Assembly (NCBI RefSeq): GCF_009914755.1
Contig: NC_060940.1
Reading direction: 5' to 3' (one strand)
From: the human T2T-CHM13v2.0 reference genome, Homo sapiens
DNA: 64,000 bases
Under the pieces are notes generated by a model. It did no database searches, was not told where the DNA came from, and saw only the letters and a list, made by a program, of their open reading frames with translations. The translations under genes and the position numbers were made by a program. Each line of letters opens with the position of its first letter. The stretch's first letter is position 1. Positions 12,480-25,626 of this stretch are shown in pieces.

Positions 12480-12620
12480 ATTGCATCCCACAACAATGTT
12501 ATGACCCAGGTACAATTATTATGCTATGGATACAGGTGAGAAAACTGAGCACAAAAAAGTTATACCAAATCACATTCTCACAAACCAGCACAGTTGCTAT
12601 TCAAATGCGTGCTGTAGTAT
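12480..12620 (-). mobile_element. MIR fragment
   Basis: cacaacaat...tacaggtgagaaaactgagcaca. Confidence 0.6.
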
Positions 12621-13739
12621 TTTTAAATCTAGTTTCCATTTGCTTGAAAAATCCGTGCTTAGTGCAGAGAAATTCCTGATTAGGAAGAAGGCAGCAGTCT
12701 TTTTTATTTTTTTAAAAACATTTGGGATTCAAACTTATTGTTTGCCTGTTTATTTGAAAATGATCTGAATAAATATGAAACTCAAATACATATCTTTCAC
12801 ACTGTGGCATTTGTGGTCTTGAGTATACTCAAAGTGACAGGAAGGAAGTTGCTAATAATAAGTAATATGGGTTGTATTTGCAGCTGGGCACATTACGATA
12901 CACCAAAATATTTCCTCACCATTTTTCTAGGTTATTGTCATTTCTTTCAAGAAATCAATGCTACCGAAGATGGATGACAGCAGTGACCTGACAGGTGTGA
13001 TTGTGTTGTGAGTGAGAGATCTTTCTGTAGATGAGTTTTTAAAAACTGCAATTTCCTCTCTAAGAACAAAGGTCATGCAATTCTCTGAATTGCCAGGCAA
13101 GAGCCAGGGTGCCTTAGGTGATGGTGCCACTCCTACTCTCTTGGAAAAATTAAGACGTTGATGGAAACAGGTGTAATTAAATGTTTAGTGATGACTTTGC
13201 CAGAAGAAATTCCTTTAAATTAGACACTAATGTGATTCCTTCAGTAACGGTATTTGGAGTTATCTGCAGGTGGGGGAAGATAGACCACAAAAGGAATTTG
13301 ATTTTTCTTGTCATTAATTTTTAATTTGCCTTAAAGCCATCTTTAGGATTTCTTTATAGTTCTCACAGTTTTCCTTTGTGTAAGAGAAATCATTCCTCCT
13401 TATCAATGCAACAATAAAAATGACTATTTATTTCCCATGTATCGATCTCAGCATGCTTTGTGTAGACTCTCAGGCTTACTGTGAGTCGGCAAGGGGAGAG
13501 AAATCTGTGTTTTGTGCCTGCTGACCTAAAAATGAAGAATATTCAAAGCCTGGCAATAAAAATTCAACTGAAGGACAGTGGGTTTTCCTTGGATTGTTCA
13601 CTTAAGATATGACATGAGGAATATATGGATCAGACTCAGAAAAAAGCTATACAGCCACATCTATATGGCTTGCCAAAGTTACTTACTATTTTTGGTTGTC
13701 TCTTTTGCATTCCTTACATACTCATTACTTCTGGCTTTC

Positions 13740-13970
13740 ATTCTCTCTCACAATGACTATGATAATAGCTTCCAAACTGGACGCTTGGTTTTGCCATATA
13801 CCGATAATTTCTGCACATGTCCACTGGAGTGGTGCTTCTAAAAGCACAAATTGAACATGTTAGTCCTCTACTGAAATTCTATTAGAATTTCTATGTTGGT
13901 TACAGGCTACATTTTACATTCTTAAGAATGCCAATCCAAGTCTGCTCCTGGTTCACCCTTCTAATTTTGT
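13740..13970 (+). mobile_element. L2 fragment
   Basis: aatagcttccaaactgg...cttctaaaagcacaaattgaacatgttagtcctctactgaaa resembles the L2 3' body. Confidence 0.55.
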
Positions 13971-14989
13971 ATCATGCATTATGATACTTCTCTAGTTACA
14001 TTGTGAAGAATCCTAAATCAAGCCACTTTAAGAAAATAGAAATTCTAATGAGAAGTATATAGAGTTTGTTACTGAGTTGAAGTTTCAGTAACTAAATCCT
14101 ACAAAAGACAAGAGTACTATGGGGTACAGAGATGAAAATCCTGCCTGGTCTTTCCCTGGCATTTGTCTCTGCCTCCCACTGTCTGTTGTTCTTCCTCCCT
14201 CACTGAACACCAGCTTCTCCCATGTGGTGTGTTGAGAAGCAGTTCTGCCAATACATGCAGAACCTCATGGTCTTTAGCTTCTGTCACTAGAAATAGATAC
14301 TCTTTTTTAGAGTTTTATTAAAGCAAAAAAAAAAAGAAAAACTAGAAAGTACTCTAATTAATTCACCTGGCTCTCTCATCTATTAAATCCTGTATTAATT
14401 GGCTGTAGAGTGGACAAGAGCAAGGTGTTATAAAAATTTTTGAATCCCAGCTGCAACTTTTGGTTAAAATGAGAGACAATTTATTCAAAAATAAGAGAGG
14501 GTAAGGAGCAGGGAAGAGAAAGAACGGCTTAAACTTAAAATAGATAAGTTCTGTTTATCTATCAGGACCCTCCCTAGGAGTCATCCCTTATCAAGACTTG
14601 TTTCTACTCCAGCCCTTCAGGAGAGCTTGGATATATCCTCTTCCATATCCTGAAAATTCTCTATTTTGATATTGCTTGGTAACTTACTTGGTAACTTCTG
14701 TTTTCTAACAAAGGAATGAATTTTTGAAATAGAGAGAGGATAAGAAACTGGGTTACAAGATTTCTTTTTAAAATTATTCTTAAATTTATACCTATATATC
14801 AATATCTATATCTATGAGCATGTATTGGGGCAGGTCTAGGAGAAGGATGATACCAAATTTATAGCACTGCTTTTGGGGAAGTTTAACTTTTGTTTCTTTT
14901 TGTAGTGGGTTTAAGTATGACAGTTTAGCTACTACATTTTTAGTTTTACTCTACTTTTTTCTACTTGGTGCTATAATTTAAACATTCTA

Positions 14990-15690
14990 CGTTATTAAAA
15001 ATACTTTGTGAATATTTATAATGGGCACATAGTGCCCCATCATACAATATACTTAAAAAATCCCTTGTTGTTGAAATTTATTTATAGTTAATTATATTTT
15101 TAAGAATACTGGACAAACATTTTTAGGTCAAGCAATTACGTTATTTAAGCTTCTTCTCTGAACATATATTTTTAGATCTAGAATTACAGGGTTAAGGTAT
15201 TATGTATTTTAAGACAATTTATGTTGACAAATTATTTTCTAATGTATAATTGAGCATAATGTATAAAAGTATTTGTTTTCCTGTAGATGTACTATAATTC
15301 TGTATTATTGTTTTAAGCAATGATCTGATGATAGAATAATGAATATATCGTTATTTAAATTTAAATTTATTTATTTTTCATAAGGTTACATAGTTATCCA
15401 GACATATGAGAAGCACTAATTTCTTATTGTCTAAATTTTACATGTCAATTACCATTTCAAAAGGGCTTTCAGTGGATTGCTATACAAATCATTTATAGAA
15501 ATATTAAGAATATTAATTATATCCAGAATTATAGTTTTGTGATTTATTTGTAGCTTTAGTGGTCATCTGGTTATATTTTTGTAGTTGTTGTATAAATATT
15601 TCACTACTTCCAAAATTTGAAAGGTGTTTTTTTGTACACAAATAATTTAATTTAAAGGCAAAATTGCAAAATATATTCTTTCTGGAATAA
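14990..15690 (-). mobile_element. Highly degenerate L1ME fragment
   Basis: AT-rich with gaattacagggttaaggtat, tgttgacaaattattttct, aaatatattctt motifs typical of reverse L1ME. Confidence 0.55.
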
Positions 15691-15705
15691 TAACACTATA
15701 CCAAG

Positions 15706-16056
15706 TGATATGGTTTGGCTGTGTCCCCACCCAAGTCTCATCTTGAATTCCCATGTGTTGTGGGAGGGACCCAGTAAGAGGTAATGGAATCATGCGGACA
15801 GGTCTTTCCTGTGCTGTTCTCTTGATAGCGAGTAAGTCTCATGAGATCTGATGATTTTCAAAAGGGGAGATTCCCTGAACAAGCTCTCTTTGCCTGCTGC
15901 CATCCATGTAGACGTGACTTGCTCCTCCTTGCTTTCCTGCCATGATTGTGAGGCTTCCCAGCCACGTGGAACTGTAGGTCCATTAAACCTCTTTCTTTTG
16001 TGAATTGCCCAGTCTCTGGTATGTCTTCATCAGCACTGTGAAAATGGACTAATACA
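15706..16056 (+). mobile_element. THE1A-like solo LTR (ERVL-MaLR)
   Basis: Starts tgatatggtttggctgtgtccccaccc, ends ggactaataca; perfect 5-bp TSD ccaag (15701-15705, 16057-16061). Confidence 0.96.
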
Positions 16057-16492
16057 CCAAGGAATTATTTTATATATTTGGACAGTGAGACAGTATAATT
16101 CTATGTTTGGATTTGGACTTTGCCCACAGATTTCTCTTTTAAGAACTGGAGAGATTATAAGGGCTAATGAAATGTCTCAATGATGAAAAGAGCACAGGTA
16201 TGGAAGAAAGAGGAACTGGAATATTTTTTCTTGCTCCATCCTTGAGTAGTCACTGCTTTCCTCAGGGTCAAAATTCCTTCACAGTTAAAACAAACAAGCC
16301 ATGATGATCACCATCAGGATCCTTCCAGCTGAAACATTACATGGTTCTATGGTGATAACATTGCTCAGCAAATTGCCTGTCACAGTAAAGACACAAGGAG
16401 ACATGGGACAAGTATGCCAACCACTTGAAGTGGTCACTATCCTGCAATCAACATCCAAGTGCTTGTTTTCTTAAGAAATTTTTGGCATCACC

Positions 16493-17260
16493 TGTATTCA
16501 TTTCCCAGGTCTGTAGTAATAAAATACCACAAACACCATAGCTTTTAAAAACAGAAATTCAGTCTCTCAGAGTTCCAGAGGTGACAAGTCTGAAATCAAG
16601 GTGTCAGTAGGGTCATGCTCCCTGAGACTCTGAGTCAAATTCTTTCTTGCCTCTTTCTATCTTCTGGTGGTGGCTATTGATCTTTAGCATTCCTTGGCTT
16701 GCAGCTGCATCATTTCAATCTCAGCCTTTGTTGTCACATAGTATTCTCCCTGTGTCTTTGTTTTCACACTGCTTTTTCATCTTTTATTAAGAGTGCCAGG
16801 CTGGGTGCGGTGGCCCACACCTGTAATCCCAGCAGTTTGGGAGGCCAGGGCGGGCGGATCACTTGAGGTCAGGAGTTCAAGACCAGCCCAGCCAACATGT
16901 TGAAACACCATCTCTACCAAAAATACAAAAATTAGCTGGGCATCGTGGCACGTGTGTGTAATCCCAGCTACTCGGGAGGCTCAGGAAAGGGAATCATTTG
17001 AACCCAGGAGGCAGAAATTGCAATGAGCTGAGATCACTCCACTGCACTCCAGCCTGGGCAATAGAGTGAGACCCTGCCATAAAAATAATAAGAAGAAGAA
17101 AAACAAGAATGCCAGTCATATTAGATTTGGGCTCACTCTAGTGACCTCATCTTAACTTGATTGAATCTCCAATGATCCTATTTCTAAAAAGTCACATTCA
17201 CAAATACCATTGGTTAGGACTTCAACATATCTTTCTAGGGACACAGTTCAATTAGTAACA
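16493..17260 (-). mobile_element. MLT1C-like MaLR solo LTR, interrupted by Alu
   Basis: tgtatt...aaataccacaaac...aagtctgaaatcaaggtgtcag...gacctcatcttaacttgatt...gttaggacttcaacatatcttt...taaca; near TSD tcacc/tctcc. Confidence 0.88.
16799..17104 (+). mobile_element. Alu (Sx/Sz-like) nested in MLT1
   Basis: Full dimer; TSD aagagtgcca (16789-16798) / aagaatgcca (17105-17114). Confidence 0.96.
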
Positions 17261-18924
17261 TCTCCCCCCTGCCCATATGTGCGTATTTTTAGTGAGTTAT
17301 AGATGCTCCATTTTCTCAATTCCAGAGGGAAGGATAGGGACTGAGTGTGAAAAGCTATGGACAATTGCTGCTTGTCATTGCAAATCATCTAATTCACATG
17401 TGACACTGTGATAAGTCTTGGCACTTGCACCACACACGGAAAAACTCATAGGTGAGGGAGGGGTGGGGGTGAAGATAGAACTGAGGAAGATATGTCCAGA
17501 AGAAAATTGAGACATTAGGGATTGACTTCAAATTCTATGCCAAATTTATTGTACTGAGCAAAATAGACTTAACTCCTCTCTGAAAATACGTGAGATTTAA
17601 TAGGTTAATCAAAAAGTGGAAAAGGATTTGACTTAAAGTTATATGACTTAAAAAATGTATATAGCTTAAAGTTTAGATCCTAATGGCAAGACTCTTCCTA
17701 TGTTATTTAATAACGGAGACTTCATTGCCTTTTCCATACAATGAAATAATAATCTCCTTCTTTAAAAGATTATTAAAAAATAAATATATAAAATATGTTT
17801 TTTAAAAATAAGTAATTTTAATTTTTACTTATGCTACTTTCCAAAAGTGACTTCTTTAATCTTTTCCCAGTGGATTGGTGACTCCCTGAGGGTAGGAACA
17901 TTTTTATCTTTCTGTCTTCTACATACATACCAGTACATGAAATATAGTCAGCTCTAGGCCAGTACAAATCAAATAACTAAAAAAATAAACAATTCAACAA
18001 ATTGTCCCCAGAATATCTAGGTGATCAGGAAGAGACTTAGAACTACAGTTAGGGAGATTCCAACATGCTTGTTCTTTTCATTATGTGTGTCCCCAAAATG
18101 GACAGAATGTAAAGACATTGACAAGAAGAAAGGAAATGACTTAATAGGGGATGTTGATGCCAGAAAATTTTTAAAAAAAAGTAGTATATGAACTACAAAG
18201 AGGCAAAGCAGGGCCTTGGGGAAACTCATAAATTGCATGCATGTTTGTAGAAGAGGGCACAGGTGTAATGGAAGCAGTTTCTTTCCATTGTAAAGCTTAA
18301 TTAGACACGATGTCATCTGTTCCCACTCACATTTGACCCACTGGAGTATTTATGATGCCACTTGTGCTCCTTTCTTCATTCCTGTGCAGGTGAACTGAAT
18401 CTGAAGAGGCATCACAGGGTTATTAAAAAGGAAAAGTTGGAGAGTTTTTCAGTGTTCATTCTCCATACCCAAGCTTGAATTTTGAGAAAATTTTGAGAAA
18501 TTGGCAGTTATTAAGCTGCAAAAGAGGCTGCTCTGGGAGGGGACTAAAGGTCAGCTGCCTATTGGGTCTAGCATAGGTTTTCCAGGGTGGGGAAAATCAG
18601 TACACTTAAAAACAACTGGAAGTTAAATGCTTTTCTGTTACCCAGTCTAATGACTCCAGCTGACTTTGCTTGAATGATCATTCTTCCCTTTCCCCTGCTT
18701 TATCTACTTATTTTTGTGTGTGTGCCAGTATCTGATATCAGCTTTCTAGGATGTTCATAAGAGAGAGTTCTGTTGCTGGAATTGGGTTGGTATCCCAGGG
18801 CCTTTCTATTTTCCCTGTCTGTTCAAGACGCAGGACAAAGCCATTCAATGAGGGAAGGGAGATAGGGATGACTCTGGGAGCCAAGAAGGGCAACTGATAT
18901 TTATAAAATTGAATTACAGTTGTT

Positions 18925-19090
18925 ACCTCAATAAATCCTCATATCAACTCCACAAAGTAGATGTTATGATCTTCCCTTTAGAAGTCAGGAAAATGAGACT
19001 CAGAAATGTTGAGAAACATGTTCTCTTCTACAAAATGTGATGTGGCAGAGCCTAGTATTGACCCAGGTCTTTGGACTCTTTGTGCTGTAT
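18925..19090 (-). mobile_element. MIR fragment
   Basis: aatcctcatatcaactcc...ggaaaatgagactcaga...gtggcagagcc...acccaggtct. Confidence 0.75.
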
Positions 19091-19187
19091 CTCCTGCCCA
19101 TGGGTCAGTGGAAGCCTTGTGTGCTAAAACCAAAATGATTACTTAATACATCCTATGGGAATATAACTGTGATAGTGGGTAGTCTAA

Positions 19188-19310
19188 GAATATAAGCATG
19201 CAAGCCATTAGAGCTTTGAGTGTCTATTTTGTATATCGTCTGACCTATTTCTAGCAGAGTACCTGACACAGAATAGATACCTCATACAATTTTGTTAAAT
19301 GAATTCATGA
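19188..19310 (+). mobile_element. L2 3' end
   Basis: tctagcagagtacctgacacagaatagatacctcatacaattttgttaaatgaat. Confidence 0.7.
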
Positions 19311-19660
19311 AGGCCCCAAACCAACCTTAATACCTATTTTCCAAACAGACAGTGATGGCATCACTAAATGACAATGCTAATAAGGATTTGTCTTTTGAAA
19401 GAAGAAATCAGTGTGAAACAGGAATTCAAAGGCAGTGGTCCCTCCTGAATGAGTCTATAGGAAATGCTTCATAGAAGAGGCAAAAAGTGAACTGGCTTTG
19501 AAAAACAAACATGCTATAAGTAGAGATAAAAGATTTTGATGGAAAAGGCTTTCTAGGCTTTTGGCAGAGAGAAACCCATGGGCTCATATTTCTTGAGTAT
19601 CTCTTGTATGACTGGAGTGGCAGAGATGTGTATTAAAGGCTAGTGCCTTTCCAAGACACC

Positions 19661-20145
19661 TGGATTTGTTTCCTAGGTGAGCTGTAACCAGGTACTACTA
19701 AGGTTACTTAAAACAGTAGAAATGTATTATCTCATAGTTCTGGAGGCTAGAAGTCCAAAATCAAGATGTTGGTAAGGCCATGCTCTCTCTGAAGGCTCTA
19801 GGGAAAATCTTTGCCTGCCTCTTCCCAGCCTCTGTTGGCTTCCAGAAATCCTTGTCATTCCTTGGATTGTAGATGCCTCACTATAATCTCTGCCTCCACT
19901 TCACGTGGCTTTTCCCGCTGTGTGCCAATGTCCAAATTTCCATCTTCTTATGAGGATTTATAAGGAGATTTATAAGGATTTCCATCTTCTTATAAGTCAC
20001 TGGATTAGGGCTCAACCTACTCTAGTGTGACCTCATCTTGACTTGATTACATCTACAAAGACCCTACCAAGTAAGGTCAAATTCACAACTTCCAGGTGAA
20101 CAGGAATTGGTGAGAATGGATAGGGGGGCTATCCAACCCAGTACA
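19661..20145 (-). mobile_element. MLT1C-like MaLR solo LTR
   Basis: atagttctggaggctagaagtccaaaatcaag, gccatgctctctctgaaggctctaggg, gacctcatcttgacttgattacatct, ends ccaacccagtaca. Confidence 0.88.
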
Positions 20146-20869
20146 AACACTAGGGTCACTAAAACAGTAATAAAGCAAGGATTGAATGAAGTCAGTGCGA
20201 CCTACATTTCATGTGACCTGTATATTTTGGGATACTTGTGTCCCAACTAATTGGAATTTAAGGTCTGTCAAAACATTGCATTATTTCAGCACAACCCCCA
20301 CTGCTGTCTGCCAGTCACTTCAGCAAACATCCTTCTGGTTCTCTTTCCCAGTGTTTCCTCCTGCTGCTCTGGTACTCACAGGAGGCTTTAATGGACACTA
20401 AATCCTCCCTGCCCTATAGTCACTAAATCAGGCTCTTAATAGCATCCTATTAATTGTATAAAATAAGGATTTGAAGCAAACCAGAAAGGTTTTTTTTTTT
20501 TGCATTTTAATTAAATTCACATTGGTTTGAAAAATCAGATTTATTGAGACCTTAACAACCACACAACACACATAACTGGGTTGTTAAGTCTCAATAAATA
20601 TTTTTGAGAAATCAATTGACTTTTGATTAACAACAATATCTGTTTTAATAAATCTCAGTGAAATAAGATGTTGAGTATAGATAGACAGACATTTTAATTA
20701 AGCTGGGCTTCTTTACTCTTACCCCTAAATGCCTTGACCCAGAATTGCTTATCTCAGACTTTTTTATTTGGGAAAAGAAAAAATATATCTTTTCATCTGT
20801 TTTACCAAAATGGGTGAATAAAGACAATGTCGTTTCTGAAACTGCATGGAGACTGAATAGAAGCTTCTT

Positions 20870-21345
20870 ATGACTTTAGCTTCTCAGAATCTGCACCTTC
20901 TCAAAGAAGCCTTCCATGACCACCCTGTATAAGATGTTTTATCTTTCCAAACCATGTGTGTTTTCTTCACATACTTTACGTAATTTTAAATCATGTCATT
21001 TAATTATGCACTTACTTGTTGGCTACCAGACATTGCTTCCAATTGTAAATTCCCTAACAACAGCAAGCATAACTGATGTGTCCATCTTTGTATTCCTAAA
21101 ACAAAGAAAAGTGCTTTTTGTGCATCTGCCCCTCTCTGTCTTCCTCTGTTTCACCTCCTGTATTTCCCTATTCAGCATTCAATGATTAAATCATTATCAG
21201 CTACGGGTCTGTGTGCTGTACCAAAATATGAGTTACTTGACACATTTGGGAGCATCTCATATTCTGCTCTAGTTCCAGCCTCCAACACTAGGCCTTGTGC
21301 TCAAGTCCAAATAAACATCAATAAATGTTTGTTGAATGAAATAAC
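20870..21345 (+). mobile_element. L2 fragments
   Basis: caccttctcaaagaagccttccatgaccaccc and tail tcaataaatgtttgttgaatgaa (21319-21341). Confidence 0.6.
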
Positions 21346-21889
21346 ATGTCTGATATGAAATATTGGAGTCAAGTCTGTAGTCACAGAGCTTCCCTAGGCT
21401 TCTGTCATTCAACCAGGAGGGGGGTCCCTCTACACCCTTGAAACTCTTCATCTATATCTGAATCCACCTTAAGAATACACAGCTATATTTCCTAAAAGCT
21501 TGATCTATACCCTTTTGTCTGATATTGATAAACTGTTGACACCTTGCTTCACTGGACATGTAAAAATAAATTGCACCCAGCACACCATAAATTACCGCCT
21601 CAGAGTCATTTGTACAATGTCAACACTCTGCAATAGGTTGCGGCAATATCCACTGGAGAGGAAAAAACAAGTTGAAAAGGGCTGAAGCCACTATATCTAC
21701 AAATCTCTTCCAGGAGACACCAGGCAGACAAGAAGAGGAGGTTTGTTCTCACACAAGTTAATAAAACTAAAATGTCTTGGCTTCTAGGGAGTCACTATGA
21801 ATTGTTATTTCAAAAGAATAGGGCTGCCAGATCTATACTCAGGTGACAATCTGAGTATATATCTCGAGCAGTATGTTTGGCAAAAATGT

Positions 21890-22070
21890 TACAGTATTCC
21901 ATTACTTATCGTATAATAACTCTAGAAATTAAATATAGTTAGCTCCGTTTCACATTGAGAAAACTAAGATTCAGTGAGAGGCTACAATCTGCCTAAAGTC
22001 ACACAGAAAGTAATGCATTCAAGTAAGTTTTGAACTTAAGCCTTGTAACTCTAAATAAAATACATTTTGC
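21890..22070 (-). mobile_element. MIR fragment
   Basis: gagaaaactaagattcagtgag...tgcctaaagtcacacag. Confidence 0.7.
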
Positions 22071-22234
22071 TTTAAACTCTTCTGATGAATGTGATGATAT
22101 AGATTGAATGTGCAAGCAGATCCTAGCCTAAAAAGAACAGTTCCATATTTACACAGCTAGGTGGAGGTCAGTCAAGGAAGGCCAAAGGTCTAGGCCAAAT
22201 ATTTGACATCTACTAGATGGTAGATCAACAAATA

Positions 22235-22531
22235 GCCCCAGGCGCGGAGGCTCACGCCTGTAATCCCAGCACTTTGGGAGGCCAAGGCGGGTGGATCATG
22301 AGGTCAAGAGATCGAGATCATCTTGGCCAACATGGTGAAACCCCGTCTCTACTAAAAATACAAAAGTTAGCTGGGCATGGTGGTGCATGCCTGTAGTTCT
22401 AGCTACTCGGGAGGCTGAAGCAGAAGAATTGATTGAACCTGGAAGGGAGGCAGAGGTTGCAGTGAGCCAAGATCGCACCACTGCACTCCAGCCTGGCAAC
22501 AGAGCAAGACTCCATCTCAAAAAAAAAAAAA
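22235..22531 (+). mobile_element. AluSc
   Basis: Diagnostic ggatcatgaggtcaagagatcgag and cctggcaacag; A tail then (GA)n. Confidence 0.93.
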
Positions 22532-23425
22532 GAGAGAGAGCAGAATTCATACACATCACAGAGATAAGCTAAGTCATATCTTGTCTCCATTAAGCAACCA
22601 AGATCTTAAGTGATTGGGTGAATTGCCCATGGAGAGCCTGGAACTCCAGCCTGGTACACATCGTAAAAATATCTCTTAAGTAATAGCCATTTATACCAAC
22701 AGGAATTGTCCATTTAGCTAAAATCCCAGTCCCCAGCCTCAGTCCTTTGGGTTGATAACCAGACTTGTCAGTTGGTTACACCTTTTTCTTTCACATTTCT
22801 TCCCCTCATTCCCTTATCACCATCATCTCTTGATGGGCAACCCCGAAAAGATTGTGGAAACGTCTCCCCTTGAATTTGCTAGCACAATCTACTGATTGCC
22901 TGATATACGTGTCTGTTCAAAATGTGGCACAAATGTTTGGTTAAAGATAATGACCCAGTCTGAAAATGACTGTGATAAAAATGTCATGTAATTTTCCAGG
23001 GTGACTTTGAAGTAAGGCTTACCATATAAATGTGGAGGATTGAGAGAGCCAGCTATTATTTTCTTCCTTGATGAGCAATAAATTGTTGCCTCCTCAGCCC
23101 CAAAGTAGTGGGCAGTCTCCATATTGCTAATTTCTTTCCTCCTCTCCTATAGCTAGCTGGGCTGAAGCAATACCCAAGACCCTCCCAGGGCAGTAATTCC
23201 CAGGAGCACAGTTTTTTTTTTTTGTTTTTGTTTTTTTTAACAACTCACTGCCTCAAATAGCTGAAAGGACACGGAGATTGAAGTCAAGCAGAACTGTATT
23301 GGTATTAGCTCGATGTGGATTTTTAAGAACAACTTGAGCCCCTGTTTTCTCTCCTGTAAAACAAGAATTTTTTTTTTTTTTGGAAGGACCAAATTAAGCA
23401 AAATGTGTAAAATATCTAGCACATA

Positions 23426-23610
23426 AGAGTGCTTCTCAATTGTGAGTTTATATCAGGCCATATTTGTTAAAAATACAGATCCTTGGGCATTTCCCAGTGA
23501 GATTCTGGTTAAATCAGTCTGCATCGGAGGAGCCTAGAAATCTGCATTTCTAACAAGAACTTTACCTACTTCTAACACATACCAAGCAGAACCATGCTTT
23601 GAGAAACATG
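23426..23610. mobile_element. MER5-family hAT-Charlie element
   Basis: gtgcttctcaa ... aatctgcatttctaacaag ... tttgagaaaca. Confidence 0.7.
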
Positions 23611-25178
23611 GGTACTGAAGGATATAACAACAACATAATTACCCTTCATTGTGTGCTACGTGCAGGACCCTGTGCCTAATCTATTCTGCACTTGGCATAA
23701 AACATGACATCATACCCAGGAGATGCTAGTGTTTTATGTTCCTTAAACTTCTTTTCTCTACTGATTGTTTGCTAACTGGGTGTAGCCCTAGGAGAAACAG
23801 TAGATGTGAAACAGACTCTGTTGTAGGAAGCAGAGCTGAGGGGTCTGAAGCCAACTTCACATTGGAGATGGATCTTTTTTCCTGGGTAGGGACTTCCAGT
23901 AGTAGTTTTCTTTCCAAGCTGTACCTGATCTTTAGAAGTTACTCTGTCCACTTGAACTGTTGAGTCCTCTCTTCCCTACGAGCCTGTCATGGGTTTGCTC
24001 GATGTTTGGTGTAGCAGCTTCAACCACAGGGTACCTACTGTTCTGGAAAAAAGGCACCATTTTCTCCATGCCAGTTAGAGCCCATTTATTTGAGAATGAA
24101 ACAAAAGAGATTCGACGTGACTTTATCTGTTTTGGGTAGTGTCTTATACATGTCTCTGATTTTCCTTCACCTTTCTGTAGCATTGCAGCATTTGAGACAG
24201 TCTTTTATTTTCTTTTCTCTATAGCTCAATTTTTTCTATCTTTTATAAAGATGAGAAATTTGAACTCCAGGACCTCACTAATTGATTAATTTGACATAGT
24301 AATGTTTGTGAAAATATTATGCAAATTTTAAAGAGCCAGAAAAATGTCCCTTAATATCAGTATCTATTATGAACATTACTATTATTTTCTCCTTCCTCTC
24401 TTTGTATGAATAGGCAACAGCTGAGTCAAAACTATTCACAAGTCACCTGCTTTATATGAAGCAATTTGCCTTGCTTTTCTTAGATCTAATATTCAGTAGG
24501 AAATATATATGGTTGACTGAAGACAGTAACAATGTTCCCTCTGAAGGTCAAAACTTCCGACTAGTGACTCAGTCTAATTAGGTTAAGCTTAAGGTGATAA
24601 TGTGTGGATTGTCAGCAGCTAGAACATTTATTCTTATTTTTTTCTAAACCAGTGTCCTTTGAAACAGCCAATTAACTACATGAGATGCTACAGAGAAGAG
24701 CATCCAGATAACTGGAGATTGAATTGAAAGGCTTTACTTCCCCTGACAGAGCAGAAAGAGAGGTTGAGTACCTGACTTCCCTTTCAAAGTCAGTGATCCA
24801 TGCAGCACTTTTGATTGGAAAGATGTGAACCTTTTCAATCCTTGGTGTACATATAAATGGAAATGCTAAGGAAATTAGTCAGAGTCTGGCCAAGAAGAAC
24901 TGAAGTATAGAAGAAGCCTAACTGCTTTCCAATGCAATCAGCTGTCACTGGAGAGTATTATAATTTCCAGTTTTCTTATTTAAAAACCTGTTCAAAGCAA
25001 TCAGTAAGGGATAGCGATGTCTAAAATGAATGCCGAGTCAGAAAAAAGCTGAAAACTAAAATCATTCCTATATTATTTTATTTGAAATATGTCCAGGCAG
25101 TCTTTTACTTGGGGAGCTTTTTTAGAGGCCTGGAAAATTCAGTCACAAACTTCTATTTAAAGTCAAAACAACTGGGTA

Positions 25179-25430
25179 CTCACAGTTCTTAGTTCTATAA
25201 TCTTTAGCTAAACCTTCACAGAAGACAAAAGTACTAATACTTTATTAGGAATAAATAACTCCTCACAGTTCTTAGTTCTATAATCTTTAGCTAAACCTTC
25301 ACAGAAGACAAAAGTACTAATACTTTATTAGGAATAAATAACTCCTCACAGTTCTTAGTTCTATGATCTTTAGCTAAACCTTCACAGAAGACAAAAGTAC
25401 TAATACTTTATTAGGAATAAATAACTCCTC
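25179..25430. repeat. Tandem repeat, 3 x 83 bp
   Basis: Units start at 25179, 25262, 25345; a single substitution in copy 3. Confidence 0.98.
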
Positions 25431-25626
25431 TGAAATTTACAGCATGTGTAAGGATTTGAACGAAGGAAATGAATTAGGGTAACATCATCGGATGTGGGAG
25501 AATTAGATACGGTCCCCAGATTGGAGCAATCTCTTCCCGGATTCTAAGAAATTTGTTTTGTTCCTGACTTTGATTCTTTTATCCTTAAAATGAAGGCGTG
25601 AACTAAAAGTTTCTTAGGTCTTTTAT

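Noticed and set aside
25179-25430. CRISPR-like regular repeat
   Set aside because: Head-to-tail identical units with no unique spacers, no cas genes, and a primate context.
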